21,528 nt of DNA from positions 1 to 21,528 of the forward strand of contig CBFDTI010000017.1 of NCBI GenBank assembly GCA_965612795.1, in the 5' to 3' direction. The position numbers and the translations under genes are program-made. Under the pieces are notes generated by a model, which made no database searches, had not been told where the DNA came from, and was given only the letters and a program-made list of their open reading frames with translations. Positions 18,030-21,528 of the stretch are shown piece after piece. Within the stretch, counting starts at the first letter, position 1. Every line of letters starts with the position of its first letter. Origin of the DNA: an uncultured bacterium. Its GTDB lineage: Bacteria; Hydrothermota; UBA3073; NMUJ01.

Positions 18030-19652
18030 TTAATACTCTGGCATAGGTGGTGTCTTCTCTTTCTCTTTCTCAGGTTTCTCCGCAACTAGTACATCGCTCG
18101 TAAGGAGTAACGATGCTACACTACCGGCATTTTCGAGCGCCACTCTCACCACCTTGGTAGGGTCGATAATACCTGCTTTCATCATATCTACAATCTCACC
18201 TGTGTTAGCATCGAACCCAACGTTGAGATTGTCAGCCTCCAACACCTTATGGAATATGACTGAGCCGTCATACCCCGCATTCATGGCTATTTGACGTAAT
18301 GGTGCTTCCAACGCGCTCCTCACTATGCGAGCTCCTATCCTTTCGTCACCTTGGAGTTTCTCTTCCAGCTCCTCCACTCTCTTTATAGCACGTATATAGG
18401 CGACACCACCACCTGGCAATATACCCTCTTCGACGGCTGCCTTTGTTGCATGTAGGGCATCCTCCACACGTGCCTTCTTCTCCTTCATCTCAGGCTCTGT
18501 AGGTGCACCCACATAGATTACTGCGACACCACCTGCAAGTTTAGCAAGCCTTTCCTGTAGCTTCTCCTTATCGTAATCAGAAGTAGCCTCCTCTATCTCT
18601 TTACGAATCTGGTTCATACGTGCTTGAATCATCGATTTATCACCTGCACCCTCGATGATGGTTGTATTCTCCTTATCTACTTTCACCTTCTTCGCTCTAC
18701 CAAGATCCGAAATTGTGGTATTTTCAAGCTTCATCCCTTTATCCTCGGAGATCACCCTACCTCCAGTGAGTATAGCGATATCCTCCAACATGGCTTTCCT
18801 TCTATCGCCATAACCGGGTGCCTTAACCGCACAGCAGTTCAGTACACCCTTGAGTTTATTCACCACGAGGGTGGCAAGTGCTTCACCTTCAACATCCTCC
18901 GCGATCACGAGCAGTGACCCACCCTCACGTACAACCTGTTCCAGTATGGGTAACAATGGTTTGACAGAGCTTATCTTTTTATCGTACAGCAAAATACGTA
19001 CGTTTTCGAGCACCACCTCCATCTTATCCGGATCCGTGATAAAGTATGGCGATATGTAACCTCTATCGAATTGCATACCCTCTACGAGTTTTAGCTCCAA
19101 TTTTGTGCCTTTACCTTCCTCGACGGTGATCACACCCTCTTTGCCAACCTTCTCCATAGCTTCAGCAATCATCTGTCCTATCTCCGGATCGTTATTAGCT
19201 GAGATCGTACCTACCTGCGCAATTTCCTCTTTCTTCTGTGTAGGTTTCGACATGCGTTTCAGCTCCTCAACCACTGTGTTGATAGCTTTCTCGATACCGC
19301 GTTTGAGGAACATCGGGTTAGCGCCTGCAGTGATATTTTTCAACCCCTCTCGGAATATTGCCTCAGCGAGTACGGTTGCTGTGGTGGTGCCATCACCTGC
19401 TACGTCTGAAGTTTTGCTCGCCACCTCACGTACGAGTTGTGCACCTATGTTTTCGAACGGATCCTCCAGTTCTATCTCTTTTGCAACAGTGACACCATCC
19501 TTTGTGACGGTGGGTGCACCAAACTTCTTCTCAAGGATAGCATTTCTACCCTTGGGCCCGAGTGTTATCTTAACAGCAGCTGCTAGCTTTTCGACACCTG
19601 ATCTTACCTTCTGCCTTGCTTCTTCTTCATAGCATATCTCTTTGGCTGCCAT
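18030..19652 (-). CDS. groEL: Chaperonin GroEL
   Basis: 'TLGPKGRN', '[11 protein letters not shown]', '[12 protein letters not shown]' and '[14 protein letters not shown]'. SD AAGGAGG. Confidence 0.99.
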   Translation of the reverse strand: MAAKEICYEEEARQKVRSGVEKLAAAVKITLGPKGRNAILEKKFGAPTVTKDGVTVAKEIELEDPFENIGAQLVREVASKTSDVAGDGTTTATVLAEAIFREGLKNITAGANPMFLKRGIEKAINTVVEELKRMSKPTQKKEEIAQVGTISANNDPEIGQMIAEAMEKVGKEGVITVEEGKGTKLELKLVEGMQFDRGYISPYFITDPDKMEVVLENVRILLYDKKISSVKPLLPILEQVVREGGSLLVIAEDVEGEALATLVVNKLKGVLNCCAVKAPGYGDRRKAMLEDIAILTGGRVISEDKGMKLENTTISDLGRAKKVKVDKENTTIIEGAGDKSMIQARMNQIRKEIEEATSDYDKEKLQERLAKLAGGVAVIYVGAPTEPEMKEKKARVEDALHATKAAVEEGILPGGGVAYIRAIKRVEELEEKLQGDERIGARIVRSALEAPLRQIAMNAGYDGSVIFHKVLEADNLNVGFDANTGEIVDMMKAGIIDPTKVVRVALENAGSVASLLLTSDVLVAEKPEKEKEKTPPMPEY

Positions 19653-19664
19653 GGTACCTCCTTT

Positions 19665-19955
19665 TTAGCTTTCAAGTATACCCAATATTTCGTCCTCCTG
19701 TAATATGAGATACTCTTCACCCTCAAGCTCTATCTCCGTACCCGCATATTTGCTGAATATAATTTTATCACCCACTTTCACATCGAGTGGCTGATATTCA
19801 CCCTTCTCGTTACGCTTGCCAGGTCCTACCGCGAGTACCTCACCCACAGAGGGCTTCTCTTTCGCAGTATCCGGGATGACAATCCCGGCCTTTGTACGTG
19901 TCTCCATCTCCATACGCTTCACTACTACCCTTGCACCCAGTGGCTTTATTTTCAT
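19665..19955 (-). CDS. groES: Co-chaperonin GroES
   Basis: '[12 protein letters not shown]...[21 protein letters not shown]...KYAGTE'. SD AGGAGGTG favours the ATG at 19955 over the GTG at 19961. Confidence 0.98.
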   Translation of the reverse strand: MKIKPLGARVVVKRMEMETRTKAGIVIPDTAKEKPSVGEVLAVGPGKRNEKGEYQPLDVKVGDKIIFSKYAGTEIELEGEEYLILQEDEILGILES

Positions 19956-20025
19956 CTTCACCTCCTTTTTATCGATGAATTATCGTTAGAAGCTTCTCAA
20001 ATAGCCTCTAATATTCTCCCTTCTC

Positions 20026-20058
20026 GTATTAAAAATATGGTGATTAACATTTTGTCAA
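20026..20058 (-). promoter_or_regulatory. Putative sigma70-like promoter for groES-groEL
   Basis: Minus strand TTGACA(20058-20053)-N15-TATTTT(20037-20032)-TAATAC. Confidence 0.5.
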
Positions 20059-20112
20059 CCCTTTATTGTTGGGCTATTTCAACGTATCTGGTGCCACAAT
20101 TTTGTGAAGATA

Positions 20113-20382
20113 TTATCGAGCTAAGGTATCGGATCTTATAACATACGGTAAAACCATGAACCTATTTATGCCACTTTTACCTTCATCCCTGCCAAGTGGA
20201 TACCCGAGCGCATCAAATGCCTGTACCTGCCATATGTAGGGTTTGTCAACCTCAAGTGGTTTCGCTTCTGGTGGGTATATCACCCTTGTTTCATTCTCAA
20301 CCTCGGTTTGCCACCATGGTACGTTGTGTGTGGCTTCTGTTAGTGTCTGCCCTTCGAGTATTGCCAAGGTTATCAAATCCAT
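20113..20382 (-). pseudogene. Probable C-terminal fragment of an extracellular beta-sandwich (FN3/DUF928-like) protein
   Basis: 'ILEGQTLTEATHNVPWW...IYPPEAKPLEVDKPYIWQVQAFDALGYPLGRDEGKS..F' resembles, from recollection, the YxWQVQA-type domain of larger secreted FCB proteins. No signal peptide; only 89 aa. Confidence 0.5.
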
Positions 20383-20627
20383 CCGCAGTTATCCTTAGAG
20401 CGCTAAATCCTACACTCCCTTCGATGACACAGAAATTCAACCCCATACTACCGATGATCACAAACGCAAACGGATACGTCCAGATTGCTACATTGCTGCA
20501 GTTGACCCAGAACACATCTTACAGGTTGAGTGTATCATACGTAGCAAGGTGATTACACTCGGTATTCCATAGCACGTCACATAAGGTAACGATATAAATG
20601 CATCGATAAAAGTATGTTAGGTGGTGT

Positions 20628-20656
20628 GGTCGAATCCCTACATATTCGACCTTTTT
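20628..20656 (+). terminator. Terminator-like hairpin on the + strand with no obvious upstream + strand gene
   Basis: GGTCGAAT-CCCTACAT-ATTCGACC-TTTTT: 8-bp perfect stem followed by five T. Confidence 0.45.
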
Positions 20657-20681
20657 CACCCTAAGGAACCCATGATATAGT

Positions 20682-20897
20682 TCAAGGAAGGCCAGTCAAA
20701 ATCGTGCTAACTTCACGTTTGATCCATGTGACAAATTTGATGTTAAATTCACCCTCCTCAGTAGACGTAAGGGTTAAGCTAAGAACCCCAGCAGTACGCC
20801 AATCATCCACAAACGGCGATGGCTCGGTAAGTTTCGACCTACGGATATTGTCCTCAATACTTGCTATAAGATGAGTCTCAAATTGTGCTATTTCTCC
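20682..20897 (-). pseudogene. Start-less reading frame, possible N-terminal fragment of the same secreted-protein family
   Basis: Hand translation GEIAQFETHLIASIEDNIRRSKLTEPSPFVDDWRTAGVLSLTLTSTEEGEFNIKFVTWIKREVSTILTGLP*. No ATG in frame. 'PSPFVDDW..LTLT' looks protein-like. Confidence 0.3.
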
Positions 20898-21526
20898 ATA
20901 AGGGTTAGTGTCTTGCCAACGTTGATCCTACCATACCCGTACTTTTTGTCCCATCCAGTATCACCGAGGTCGTCACAACCCATGATTATGAGTTCCCGCA
21001 CCTCCTCAACACTAAGGGTAGGATTTGAACTCAATATAAGGGCAGCCAACCCTGTAACTAATGGTGTAGCAAGTGAGGTACCACACCCTGTGGTTTGATA
21101 GATTATATCCGAAAGCTGCGTAGGGAATGCATGTAGGAGATTACAGCAAGGGGCGACAACATCTATCCCCTCTCCGTAATTCGAACCTTGCCTTATGGGG
21201 ATAGGTATACCCTCGAGCTGCCTCTCCTCGTACCACCATACGTCATTTTCATCCACCCCTCCCACTGCAATAACTTCCGGAAACTTAGCCGGATACCCTA
21301 TACCTTCGTTGCCACTGTTGCCTGTACCTGCAACAAGTACCACCCCCCTTGATGCAGCATATCTAACCGCATCTACAATGTACTGCGTATCCTGTAACGT
21401 GGTAAAGCTCATGTTTATCACCTTCGCACCATGATCGACCGCATACCTTACCGCATTAGCACAGTTCTTAAGTATTATCTTTTTCCTTGCCTCACCAAAC
21501 TCCTTGAACCTTTTGAGCTTATCTGG
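20888..21526 (-). CDS. S8 (subtilisin-family) serine peptidase, 5'-truncated by the window edge
   Basis: Frame is open to the right edge (PDKLKRF...YAVDHGAKVINMS). Oxyanion 'VAGTGN', 'YPAKFPEVIAVG', catalytic 'GTSLATPLVTG' and 'YGYGRIN'. Confidence 0.95.
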   Translation of the reverse strand, partial: PDKLKRFKEFGEARKKIILKNCANAVRYAVDHGAKVINMSFTTLQDTQYIVDAVRYAASRGVVLVAGTGNSGNEGIGYPAKFPEVIAVGGVDENDVWWYEERQLEGIPIPIRQGSNYGEGIDVVAPCCNLLHAFPTQLSDIIYQTTGCGTSLATPLVTGLAALILSSNPTLSVEEVRELIIMGCDDLGDTGWDKKYGYGRINVGKTLTLMEK

Positions 21527-21528
21527 AT

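Noticed and set aside
19105..19632. 175-aa + strand ORF and other short + strand ORFs opposite groEL, topA, the C25 gene, tamB and the acyl-CoA dehydrogenase
   Set aside because: Antisense shadows of confidently assigned genes.
20621..20645. GGTCGAATCCC resembling a tRNA T-loop (possible att-site remnant)
   Set aside because: It lacks the TTCGA loop and a pairing T-stem, does not match the tRNA-Gln 3' end, and no integrase is present. The hairpin explains it better.

Overview
A bacterial chromosomal segment made almost entirely of housekeeping and envelope genes. It is probably from a diderm FCB-superphylum lineage, possibly WOR-3-like; this is an inference from the C25 peptidase with a secretion-type C-terminal domain, TamB and the TPR + OM barrel pair. 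Plus strand: a 5'-truncated TPR protein followed by a small outer-membrane barrel. Minus strand, in transcription order: partial S8 subtilase, degenerate gene fragments, groES-groEL, terminator, FmdB-family zinc ribbon, ispE, tRNA-Gln(UUG), acyl-CoA dehydrogenase, C25/FG-GAP protease, topA, HU, hairpin, tadA, then gatC, tamB, a VWA membrane protein and a UPF0282-like MBL hydrolase. I saw no CRISPR array, mobile element or defence system, and I cannot support a wholly new multi-gene system. The most unusual signals are regulatory. (i) Five sigma70-like promoters have TTGAC(A/T) to TAnnnT spacers of only 14-16 nt, including a perfect TTGACA-N14-TATAAT inside ispE. (ii) A triple TTGACA array lies upstream of HU. 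(iii) The ispE stop codon lies inside the tRNA-Gln gene.
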